Assembly: GCA_032718475.1 (NCBI GenBank)
Contig: JAUCBJ010006714.1
Span: 101,162 to 165,161, forward strand
DNA from: Nemertoderma westbladi
Lineage: Eukaryota; Animalia; Xenacoelomorpha
DNA: 64,000 bases
Reading direction: 5' to 3'
The notes under the pieces are model-generated. The model made no database searches. It was not told the origin of the DNA and saw only the letters and a list, made by a program, of their open reading frames with translations. The position numbers were made by a program, and so were the translations under genes. Shown here piece after piece: positions 44,546-57,500 of this stretch; position 1 is the stretch's first letter; each line of letters begins with the position of its first letter.

Positions 44546-47500
44546 TTTAGCCACCAACCGTAATGTCACGACGTCTACACGTTTTAGTTTTAGCCACTAT
44601 CCGTAATGTAACAACATCTACGCGTTTTAGTTTTAGCCACCAACCGTAATGTCACGACGTCTACGCGTTTTAGTTTTAGCCACTAACCGTAATGTCACAA
44701 CGTCTACGCGTTTTAGTTTTAGCCACCAACCGTAATGTCACGACGTCTACACGTTTTAGTTTTAGCCACTATCCGTAATGTAACAACATCTACGCGTTTT
44801 AGTTTTAGCCACTAACCGTAATGTCACAACGTCTACGCGTTTTAGTTTTAGCCACCAACCGTAATGTCACGACGTCTACACGTTTTAGTTTTAGCCACCA
44901 ACCGTAATGTCACGACGTCTACACGTTTTAGTTTTAGCCACTATCCGTAATGTCACGACGTCTACGCGTTTTAGTTTTAGCCACCAACCGTAATGTCACG
45001 ACGTCTACACGTTTTAGTTTTAGCCACTAACCGTAATGTCACGACGTCTACGCGTTTTAGTTTTAGCCACTAACCGTAATGTCACGACGTCTACGCGTTT
45101 TAGTTTTAGCCACCAACCGTAATGTCACGACGTCTACACGTTTTAGTTTTAGCCACCAACCGTAATGTCACGACGTCTACACGTTTTAGTTTTAGCCACC
45201 AACCGTAATGTCACGACGTCTACACGTTTTAGTTTTAGCCACCAACCGTAATGTCACGACGTCTACACGTTTTAGTTTTAGCCACCAACCGTAATGTCAC
45301 GACGTCTACACGTTTTAGTTTTAGCCACCAACCGTAATGTCACGACGTCTACACGTTTTAGTTTTAGCCACTATCCGTAATGTCACGACGTCTACGCGTT
45401 TTAGTTTTAGCCACCAACCGTAATGTCACGACGTCTACACGTTTTAGTTTTAGCCACCAACCGTAATGTCACGACGTCTACACGTTTTAGTTTTAGCCAC
45501 TATCCGTAATGTCACGACGTCTACGCGTTTTAGTTTTAGCCACCAACCGTAATGTCACGACGTCTACACGTTTTAGTTTTAGCCACTAACCGTAATGTCA
45601 CGACGTCTACGCGTTTTAGTTTTAGCCACTATCCGTAATGTAACAACATCTACGCGTTTTAGTTTTAGCCACTATCCGTAATGTCACGACGTCTACGCGT
45701 TTTAGTTTTAGCCACTATCCGTAATGTAACAACATCTACGCGTTTTAGTTTTAGCCACTATCCGTAATGTCACGACGTCTACGCGTTTTAGTTTTAGCCA
45801 CTATCCGTAATGTAACAACGTCTACGCGTTTTAGTTTTAGCCACTATCCGTAATGTAACAACGTCTACGCGTTTTAGTTTTAGCCACTAACCGTAATGTC
45901 ACGACGTCTACGCGTTTTAGTTTTAGCCACTATCCGTAATGTCACGACGTCAACGCGTTTTAGTTTTAGCCACTATCCGTAATGTCACGACGTCTACGCG
46001 TTTTAGTTTTAGCCACTAACCGTAATGTCACAACATCTACGCGTTTTAGTTTTAGCCACTAACCGTAATGTCACGACGTCTACGCGTTTTAGTTTTAGCC
46101 ACTATCCGTAATGTAACAACATCTACGCGTTTTAGTTTTAGCCACTATCCGTAATGTCACGACGTCTACGCGTTTTAGTTTTAGCCACTAACCGTAATGT
46201 CACGACGTCTACGCGTTTTAGTTTTAGCCACTATCCGTAATGTCACGACGTCAACGCGTTTTAGTTTTAGCCACTATCCGTAATGTCACGACGTCTACGC
46301 GTTTTAGTTTTAGCCACTATCCGTAATGTAACAACGTCTACGCGTTTTAGTTTTAGCCACTAACCGTAATGTCACGACGTCTACGCGTTTTAGTTTTAGC
46401 CACTATCCGTAATGTAACAACATCTACGCGTTTTAGTTTTAGCCACTAACCGTAATGTCACGACGTCTACGCGTTTTAGTTTTAGCCACTATCCGTAATG
46501 TAACAACGTCTACGCGTTTTAGTTTTAGCCACTAACCGTAATGTCACGACGTCTACGCGTTTTAGTTTTAGCCACTATCCGTAATGTCACGACGTCAACG
46601 CGTTTTAGTTTTAGCCACTATCCGTAATGTCACGACGTCTACGCGTTTTAGTTTTAGCCACTAACCGTAATGTCACGACGTCTACGCGTTTTAGTTTTAG
46701 CCACTATCCGTAATGTCACGACGTCAACGCGTTTTAGTTTTAGCCACTATCCGTAATGTCACGACGTCTACGCGTTTTAGTTTTAGCCACTATCCGTAAT
46801 GTAACAACGTCTACGCGTTTTAGTTTTAGCCACTAACCGTAATGTCACGACGTCTACGCGTTTTAGTTTTAGCCACTATCCGTAATGTAACAACATCTAC
46901 GCGTTTTAGTTTTAGCCACTAACCGTAATGTCACGACGTCTACGCGTTTTAGTTTTAGCCACTATCCGTAATGTAACAACGTCTACGCGTTTTAGTTTTA
47001 GCCACTATCCGTAATGTCACAACGTCTACGCGTTTTAGTTTTAGCCACTAACCGTAATGTCACGACGTCTACGCGTTTTAGTTTTAGCCACTATCCGTAA
47101 TGTAACAACATCTACGCGTTTTAGTTTTAGCCACTATCCGTAATGTCACGACGTCTACGCGTTTTAGTTTTAGCCACTATCCGTAATGTAACAACATCTA
47201 CGCGTTTTAGTTTTAGCCACTAACCGTAATGTCACGACGTCTACGCGTTTTAGTTTTAGCCACTAACCGTAATGTCACAACGTCTACGCGTTTTAGTTTT
47301 AGCCACTATCCGTAATGTAACAACGTCTACGCGTTTTAGTTTTAGCCACTAACCGTAATGTCACGACGTCTACGCGTTTTAGTTTTAGCCACTATCCGTA
47401 ATGTAACAACATCTACGCGTTTTAGTTTTAGCCACTAACCGTAATGTCACAACGTCTACGCGTTTTAGTTTTAGCCACTATCCGTAATGTAACAACGTCT

Positions 47501-50500
47501 ACGCGTTTTAGTTTTAGCCACTAACCGTAATGTCACGACGTCTACGCGTTTTAGTTTTAGCCACTATCCGTAATGTAACAACATCTACGCGTTTTAGTTT
47601 TAGCCACTAACCGTAATGTCACAACGTCTACGCGTTTTAGTTTTAGCCACTAACCGTAATGTCACAACGTCTACGCGTTTTAGTTTTAGCCACTATCCGT
47701 AATGTAACAACATCTACGCGTTTTAGTTTTAGCCACTATCCGTAATGTCACGACGTCTACGCGTTTTAGTTTTAGCCACTATCCGTAATGTCACGACGTC
47801 TACGCGTTTTAGTTTTAGCCACTATCCGTAATGTAACAACATCTACGCGTTTTAGTTTTAGCCACTATCCGTAATGTCACGACGTCTACGCGTTTTAGTT
47901 TTAGCCACTATCCGTAATGTAACAACATCTACGCGTTTTAGTTTTAGCCACTAACCGTAATGTCACAACGTCTACGCGTTTTAGTTTTAGCCACTAACCG
48001 TAATGTCACAACGTCTACGCGTTTTAGTTTTAGCCACTATCCGTAATGTCACAACGTCTACGCGTTTTAGTTTTAGCCACTATCCGTAATGTCACGACGT
48101 CTACGCGTTTTAGTTTTAGCCACTATCCGTAATGTCACGACGTCTACGCGTTTTAGTTTTAGCCACTATCCGTAATGTCACGACGTCTACGCGTTTTAGT
48201 TTTAGCCACTATCCGTAATGTCACGACGTCTACGCGTTTTAGTTTTAGCCACTATCCGTAATGTCACAACGTCTACGCGTTTTAGTTTTAGCCACTATCC
48301 GTAATGTCACGACGTCTACGCGTTTTAGTTTTAGCCACTATCCGTAATGTCACGACGTCTACGCGTTTTAGTTTTAGCCACTATCCGTAATGTCACAACG
48401 TCTACGCGTTTTAGTTTTAGCCACTATCCGTAATGTCACGACGTCTACGCGTTTTAGTTTTAGCCACTATCCGTAATGTCACGACGTCTACGCGTTTTAG
48501 TTTTAGCCACTATCCGTAATGTAACAACATCTACGCGTTTTAGTTTTAGCCACTAACCGTAATGTCACAACGTCTACGCGTTTTAGTTTTAGCCACTAAC
48601 CGTAATGTCACAACGTCTACGCGTTTTAGTTTTAGCCACTATCCGTAATGTCACAACGTCAACGCCTTTTAGTTTTAGCCACTAACCGTAATGTCACAAC
48701 GTCTACGCGTTTTAGTTTTAGCCACTATCCGTAATGTAACAACGTCTACGCGTTTTAGTTTTAGCCACTAACCGTAATGTCACAACGTCTACGCGTTTTA
48801 GTTTTAGCCACTAACCGTAATGTCACAACGTCTACGCGTTTTAGTTTTAGCCACTATCCGTAATGTAACAACGTCTACGCGTTTTAGTTTTAGCCACCAC
48901 CGTAATGTCACAACGTCAACGCCTTTTAGTTTTAGCCACTAACCGTAATGTCACAACGTCTACGCGTTTTAGTTTTAGCCACTATCCGTAATGTAACAAC
49001 GTCTACGCGTTTTAGTTTTAGCCACCACCGTAATGTCACAACGTCAACGCCTTTTAGTTTTAGCCACTAACCGTAATGTCACAACGTCTACGCGTTTTAG
49101 TTTTAGCCACTATCCGTAATGTAACAACGTCTACGCGTTTTAGTTTTAGCCACTATCCGTAATGTCACAACATCTACGCGTTTTAGTTTTAGCCACTATC
49201 CGTAATGTAACAACGTCTACGCGTTTTAGTTTTAGCCACCACCGTAATGTCACAACGTCAACGCCTTTTAGTTTTAGCCACTAACCGTAATGTCACAACG
49301 TCTACGCGTTTTAGTTTTAGCCACTATCCGTAATGTAACAACGTCTACGCGTTTTAGTTTTAGCCACTAACCGTAATGTCACAACGTCTACGCGTTTTAG
49401 TTTTAGCCACTAACCGTAATGTCACAACGTCTACGCGTTTTAGTTTTAGCCACCACCGTAATGTCACAACGTCAACGCCTTTTAGTTTTAGCCACTAACC
49501 GTAATGTCACAACGTCTACGCGTTTTAGTTTTAGCCACCACCGTAATGTCACAACGTCAACGCCTTTTAGTTTTAGCCACTAACCGTAATGTCACAACGT
49601 CTACGCGTTTTAGTTTTAGCCACTATCCGTAATGTAACAACGTCTACGCGTTTTAGTTTTAGCCACTATCCGTAATGTAACAACGTCTACGCGTTTTAGT
49701 TTTAGCCACTAACCGTAATGTCACAACGTCTACGCGTTTTAGTTTTAGCCACTAACCGTAATGTCACAACGTCTACGCGTTTTAGTTTTAGCCACTAACC
49801 GTAATGTCACAACATCTACGCGTTTTAGTTTTAGCCACTATCCGTAATGTAACAACGTCTACGCGTTTTAGTTTTAGCCACTAACCGTAATGTCACAACG
49901 TCTACGCGTTTTAGTTTTAGCCACTATCCGTAATGTCCCAACGTCTACGCGTTTTAGTTTTAGCCACTAACCGTAATGTAACAACGTCTACGCGTTTTAG
50001 TTTTAGCCACTATCCGTAATGTCCCAACGTCTACGCGTTTTAGTTTTAGCCACTATCCGTAATGTCACGACGTCTACGCGTTTTAGTTTTAGCCACTAAC
50101 CGTAATGTCACGACGTCTACGCGTTTTAGTTTTAGCCACTATCCGTAATGTAACAACGTCTACGCGTTTTAGTTTTAGCCACTATCCGTAATGTAACAAC
50201 GTCTACGCGTTTTAGTTTTAGCCACTATCCGTAATGTAACAACGTCTACGCGTTTTAGTTTTAGCCACCAACCGTAATGTAACAACGTCTACGCGTTTTA
50301 GTTTTAGCCACTATCCGTAATGTCCCAACGTCTACGCGTTTTAGTTTTAGCCACTAACCGTAATGTCACAACGTCTACGCGTTTTAGTTTTAGCCACTAA
50401 CCGTAATGTCACGACGTCTACGCGTTTTAGTTTTAGCCACTATCCGTAATGTCACAACGTCTACGCGTTTTAGTTTTAGCCACTAACCGTAATGTCACGA

Positions 50501-53049
50501 CGTCTACGCGTTTTAGTTTTAGCCACTAACCGTAATGTCACAACGTCTACGCGTTTTAGTTTTAGCCACTAACCGTAATGTCACGACGTCTACGCGTTTT
50601 AGTTTTAGCCACCAACCGTAATGTCACAACGTCTACGCGTTTTAGTTTTAGCCACTATCCGTAATGTCACAACGTCTACGCGTTTTAGTTTTAGCCACTA
50701 TCCGTAATGTCCCAACGTCTACGCGTTTTAGTTTTAGCCACTAACCGTAATGTCACAACGTCTACGCGTTTTAGTTTTAGCCACCAACCGTAATGTCACG
50801 ACGTCTACGCGTTTTAGTTTTAGCCACTATCCGTAATGTCCCAACGTCTACGCGTTTTAGTTTTAGCCACTAACCGTAATGTCACGACGTCTACGCGTTT
50901 TAGTTTTAGCCACCAACCGTAATGTCACGACGTCTACGCGTTTTAGTTTTAGCCACTATCCGTAATGTCACGACGTCTACGCGTTTTAGTTTTAGCCACT
51001 ATCCGTAATGTCCCAACGTCTACGCGTTTTAGTTTTAGCCACTAACCGTAATGTCACAACGTCTACGCGTTTTAGTTTTAGCCACTATCCGTAATGTCCC
51101 AACGTCTACGCGTTTTAGTTTTAGCCACTAACCGTAATGTCACGACGTCTACGCGTTTTAGTTTTAGCCACTATCCGTAATGTCACGACGTCTACGCGTT
51201 TTAGTTTTAGCCACTATCCGTAATGTCCCAACGTCTACGCGTTTTAGTTTTAGCCACTAACCGTAATGTCACAACGTCTACGCGTTTTAGTTTTAGCCAC
51301 TATCCGTAATGTCCCAACGTCTACGCGTTTTAGTTTTAGCCACCACCGTAATGTCACAACGTCTACGCGTTTTAGTTTTAGCCACTATCCGTAATGTCCC
51401 AACGTCTACGCGTTTTAGTTTTAGCCACCACCGTAATGTCACAACGTCTACGCGTTTTAGTTTTAGCCACTAACCGTAATGTCACAACGTCTACGCGTTT
51501 TAGTTTTAGCCACTATCCGTAATGTCCCAACGTCTACGCGTTTTAGTTTTAGCCACTAACCGTAATGTCACGACGTCTACGCGTTTTAGTTTTAGCCACT
51601 AACCGTAATGTCACAACGTCTACGCGTTTTAGTTTTAGCCACTATCCGTAATGTCCCAACGTCTACGCGTTTTAGTTTTAGCCACTAACCGTAATGTCAC
51701 GACGTCTACGCGTTTTAGTTTTAGCCACTAACCGTAATGTCACAACGTCTACGCGTTTTAGTTTTAGCCACTATCCGTAATGTCCCAACGTCTACGCGTT
51801 TTAGTTTTAGCCACCACCGTAATGTCACAACGTCTACGCGTTTTAGTTTTAGCCACTAACCGTAATGTCACAACGTCTACGCGTTTTAGTTTTAGCCACT
51901 ATCCGTAATGTCCCAACGTCTACGCGTTTTAGTTTTAGCCACCACCGTAATGTCACAACGTCTACGCGTTTTAGTTTTAGCCACTAACCGTAATGTCACA
52001 ACGTCTACGCGTTTTAGTTTTAGCCACTAACCGTAATGTCACAACGTCTACGCGTTTTAGTTTTAGCCACTATCCGTAATGTCCCAACGTCTACGCGTTT
52101 TAGTTTTAGCCACTAACCGTAATGTCACGACGTCTACGCGTTTTAGTTTTAGCCACTATCCGTAATGTCACGACGTCTACGCGTTTTAGTTTTAGCCACT
52201 ATCCGTAATGTCCCAACGTCTACGCGTTTTAGTTTTAGCCACTAACCGTAATGTCACAACGTCTACGCGTTTTAGTTTTAGCCACTATCCGTAATGTTCC
52301 AACGTCTACGCGTTTTAGTTTTAGCCACTAACCGTAATGTCACAACGTCTACGCGTTTTAGTTTTAGCCACTATCCGTAATGTCCCAACGTCTACGCGTT
52401 TTAGTTTTAGCCACTAACCGTAATGTCACAACGTCTACGCGTTTTAGTTTTAGCCACTATCCGTAATGTCCCAACGTCTACGCGTTTTAGTTTTAGCCAC
52501 TATCCGTAATGTCCCAACGTCTACGCGTTTTAGTTTTAGCCACTAACCGTAATGTCACAACGTCTACGCGTTTTAGTTTTAGCCACTATCCGTAATGTCC
52601 CAACGTCTACGCGTTTTAGTTTTAGCCACTAACCGTAATGTCACAACGTCTACGCGTTTTAGTTTTAGCCACTATCCGTAATGTCCCAACGTCTACGCGT
52701 TTTAGTTTTAGCCACTATCCGTAATGTCACGACGTCTACGCGTTTTAGTTTTAGCCACTAACCGTAATGTCACAACGTCTACGCGTTTTAGTTTTAGCCA
52801 CTATCCGTAATGTCCCAACGTCTACGCGTTTTAGTTTTAGCCACCACCGTAATGTCACAACGTCTACGCGTTTTAGTTTTAGCCACTAACCGTAATGTCA
52901 CAACGTCTACGCGTTTTAGTTTTAGCCACTATCCGTAATGTAACAACGTCTACGCGTTTTAGTTTTAGCCACTAACCGTAATGTCACAACGTCTACGCGT
53001 TTTAGTTTTAGCCACTAACCGTAATGTCACAACGTCTACGCGTTTTAGT

Positions 53050-54560
53050 TTTAGCCACTATCCGTAATGTCCCAACGTCTACGCGTTTTAGTTTTAGCCA
53101 CCACCGTAATGTCACGACGTCAACGCCTTTTAGTTTTAGCTACCAACCGTAATGTCACAACGTCTACGCGTTTTAGTTTTAGCCACTAACCGTAATGTCC
53201 CAACGTCTACGCGTTTTAGTTTTAGCCACCACCGTAATGTCACGACGTCAACGCCTTTTAGTTTTAGCTACCAACCGTAATGTCACAACGTCTACGCGTT
53301 TTAGTTTTAGCCACTAACCGTAATGTCACAACGTCTACGCGTTTTAGTTTTAGCCACTATCCGTAATGTCCCAACGTCTACGCGTTTTAGTTTTAGCCAC
53401 TAACCGTAATGTCACAACGTCTACGCGTTTTAGTTTTAGCCACTATCCGTAATGTCCCAACGTCTACGCGTTTTAGTTTTAGCCACCACCGTAATGTCAC
53501 GACGTCAACGCCTTTTAGTTTTAGCTACCAACCGTAATGTCACAACGTCTACGCGTTTTAGTTTTAGCCACTATCCGTAATGTCCCAACGTCTACGCGTT
53601 TTAGTTTTAGCCACCACCGTAATGTCACGACGTCAACGCCTTTTAGTTTTAGCTACCAACCGTAATGTCACAACGTCTACGCGTTTTAGTTTTAGCCACT
53701 AACCGTAATGTCACAACGTCTACGCGTTTTAGTTTTAGCCACTATCCGTAATGTCCCAACGTCTACGCGTTTTAGTTTTAGCCACTAACCGTAATGTCAC
53801 GACGTCAACGCCTTTTAGTTTTAGCTACCAACCGTAATGTCACAACGTCTACGCGTTTTAGTTTTAGCCACTATCCGTAATGTCCCAACGTCTACGCGTT
53901 TTAGTTTTAGCCACTAACCGTAATGTCACGACGTCAACGCCTTTTAGTTTTAGCTACCAACCGTAATGTCACAACGTCTACGCGTTTTAGTTTTAGCCAC
54001 TATCCGTAATGTCCCAACGTCTACGCGTTTTAGTTTTAGCCACTAACCGTAATGTCACGACGTCAACGCCTTTTAGTTTTAGCTACCAACCGTAATGTCA
54101 CAACGTCTACGCGTTTTAGTTTTAGCCACTATCCGTAATGTCCCAACGTCTACGCGTTTTAGTTTTAGCCACTAACCGTAATGTCACGACGTCAACGCCT
54201 TTTAGTTTTAGCTACCAACCGTAATGTCACAACGTCTACGCGTTTTAGTTTTAGCCACTATCCGTAATGTCCCAACGTCTACGCGTTTTAGTTTTAGCCA
54301 CTAACCGTAATGTCACGACGTCAACGCCTTTTAGTTTTAGCCACCAACCGTAATGTCACGACGTCTACGCGTTTTAGTTTTAGCCACTAACCGTAATGTC
54401 ACGACGTCAACGCCTTTTAGTTTTAGCCACCAACCGTAATGTCACGACGTCTACGCGTTTTAGTTTTAGCCACTAACCGTAATGTCACGACGTCAACGCC
54501 TTTTAGTTTTAGCTACCAACCGTAATGTCACAACGTCTACGCGTTTTAGTTTTAGCCACT
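53050..54560. repeat. 3-unit (129-bp) higher-order repeat domain
   Basis: CAACGCC at 53806, 53935, 54064, 54193 and 54322 in the cycle CCCA unit / CACGACGTCAACGCC unit / GCTACCAA unit. Confidence 0.9.
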
Positions 54561-57500
54561 ATCCGTAATGTCCCAACGTCTACGCGTTTTAGTTTTAGCC
54601 ACTATCCGTAATGTCCCAACGTCTACGCGTTTTAGTTTTAGCCACTATCCGTAATGTAACAACGTCTACGCGTTTTAGTTTTAGCCACTATCCGTAATGT
54701 CCCAACGTCTACGCGTTTTAGTTTTAGCCACTATCCGTAATGTCCCAACGTCTACGCGTTTTAGTTTTAGCCACTATCCGTAATGTCACAACGTCTACGC
54801 GTTTTAGTTTTAGCCACTATCCGTAATGTAACAACGTCTACGCGTTTTAGTTTTAGCCACTATCCGTAATGTAACAACGTCTACGCGTTTTAGTTTTAGC
54901 CACTATCCGTAATGTCACAACGTCTACGCGTTTTAGTTTTAGCCACTATCCGTAATGTAACAACGTCTACGCGTTTTAGTTTTAGCCACTATCCGTAATG
55001 TAACAACGTCTACGCGTTTTAGTTTTAGCCACTATCCGTAATGTCCCAACGTCTACGCGTTTTAGTTTTAGCCACCACCGTAATGTCACAACGTCTACGC
55101 GTTTTAGTTTTAGCCACTAACCGTAATGTCACGACGTCAACGCCTTTTAGTTTTAGCCACCAACCGTAATGTCACGACGTCTACGCGTTTTAGTTTTAGC
55201 CACTAACCGTAATGTCACGACGTCAACGCCTTTTAGTTTTAGCCACCAACCGTAATGTCCCAACGTCTACGCGTTTTAGTTTTAGCCACTAACCGTAATG
55301 TCACGACGTCAACGCCTTTTAGTTTTAGCCACCAACCGTAATGTCACGACGTCTACGCGTTTTAGTTTTAGCCACTAACCGTAATGTCACGACGTCAACG
55401 CCTTTTAGTTTTAGCCACCAACCGTAATGTCACGACGTCTACGCGTTTTAGTTTTAGCCACTATCCGTAATGTCCCAACGTCTACGCGTTTTAGTTTTAG
55501 CCACTATCCGTAATGTCCCAACGTCTACGCGTTTTAGTTTTAGCCACTAACCGTAATGTCACGACGTCAACGCCTTTTAGTTTTAGCCACCAACCGTAAT
55601 GTCACGACGTCTACGCGTTTTAGTTTTAGCCACTATCCGTAATGTCCCAACGTCTACGCGTTTTAGTTTTAGCCACCACCGTAATGTCACAACGTCTACG
55701 CGTTTTAGTTTTAGCCACTAACCGTAATGTCACGACGTCAACGCCTTTTAGTTTTAGCCACCAACCGTAATGTCACGACGTCTACGCGTTTTAGTTTTAG
55801 CCACTAACCGTAATGTCACGACGTCAACGCCTTTTAGTTTTAGCCACCAACCGTAATGTCCCAACGTCTACGCGTTTTAGTTTTAGCCACTAACCGTAAT
55901 GTCACGACGTCAACGCCTTTTAGTTTTAGCCACCAACCGTAATGTCACGACGTCTACGCGTTTTAGTTTTAGCCACTATCCGTAATGTCCCAACGTCTAC
56001 GCGTTTTAGTTTTAGCCACCACCGTAATGTCACAACGTCTACGCGTTTTAGTTTTAGCCACTATCCGTAATGTCACAACGTCAACGCCTTTTAGTTTTAG
56101 CCACTATCCGTAATGTAACAACGTCTACGCGTTTTAGTTTTAGCCACTAACCGTAATGTCACAACGTCAACGCCTTTTAGTTTTAGCCACTATCCGTAAT
56201 GTAACAACGTCTACGCGTTTTAGTTTTAGCCACTAACCGTAATGTCACAACGTCTACGCGTTTTAGTTTTAGCCACTAACCGTAATGTCACAACGTCTAC
56301 GCGTTTTAGTTTTAGCCACTATCCGTAATGTCCCAACGTCTACGCGTTTTAGTTTTAGCCACTATCCGTAATGTAACAACGTCTACGCGTTTTAGTTTTA
56401 GCCACCACCGTAATGTCACGACGTCTACGCGTTTTAGTTTTAGCCACTAACCGTAATGTCACGACGTCTACGCGTTTTAGTTTTAGCCACTATCCGTAAT
56501 GTCACAACGTCTACGCGTTTTAGTTTTAGCCACCAACCGTAATGTCACGACGTCTACGCGTTTTAGTTTTAGCCACCAACCGTAATGTCACAACGTCTAC
56601 GCGTTTTAGTTTTAGCCACTATCCGTAATGTCCCAACGTCTACGCGTTTTAGTTTTAGCCACTAACCGTAATGTCACGACGTCTACGCGTTTTAGTTTTA
56701 GCCACCAACCGTAATGTCACAACGTCTACGCGTTTTAGTTTTAGCCACTATCCGTAATGTCCCAACGTCTACGCGTTTTAGTTTTAGCCACTAACCGTAA
56801 TGTCACAACGTCTACGCGTTTTAGTTTTAGCCACTAACCGTAATGTCACAACGTCTACGCGTTTTAGTTTTAGCCACTAACCGTAATGTCACGACGTCTA
56901 CGCGTTTTAGTTTTAGCCACCAACCGTAATGTCACAACGTCTACGCGTTTTAGTTTTAGCCACTATCCGTAATGTCCCAACGTCTACGCGTTTTAGTTTT
57001 AGCCACTAACCGTAATGTCACAACGTCTACGCGTTTTAGTTTTAGCCACTAACCGTAATGTCACAACGTCTACGCGTTTTAGTTTTAGCCACTAACCGTA
57101 ATGTCACAACGTCTACGCGTTTTAGTTTTAGCCACTAACCGTAATGTCACGACGTCTACGCGTTTTAGTTTTAGCCACCAACCGTAATGTCACAACGTCT
57201 ACGCGTTTTAGTTTTAGCCACTATCCGTAATGTCCCAACGTCTACGCGTTTTAGTTTTAGCCACTAACCGTAATGTCACAACGTCTACGCGTTTTAGTTT
57301 TAGCCACCAACCGTAATGTCACAACGTCTACGCGTTTTAGTTTTAGCCACTATCCGTAATGTCCCAACGTCTACGCGTTTTAGTTTTAGCCACTAACCGT
57401 AATGTCACGACGTCTACGCGTTTTAGTTTTAGCCACCAACCGTAATGTCACAACGTCTACGCGTTTTAGTTTTAGCCACCAACCGTAATGTCACAACGTC

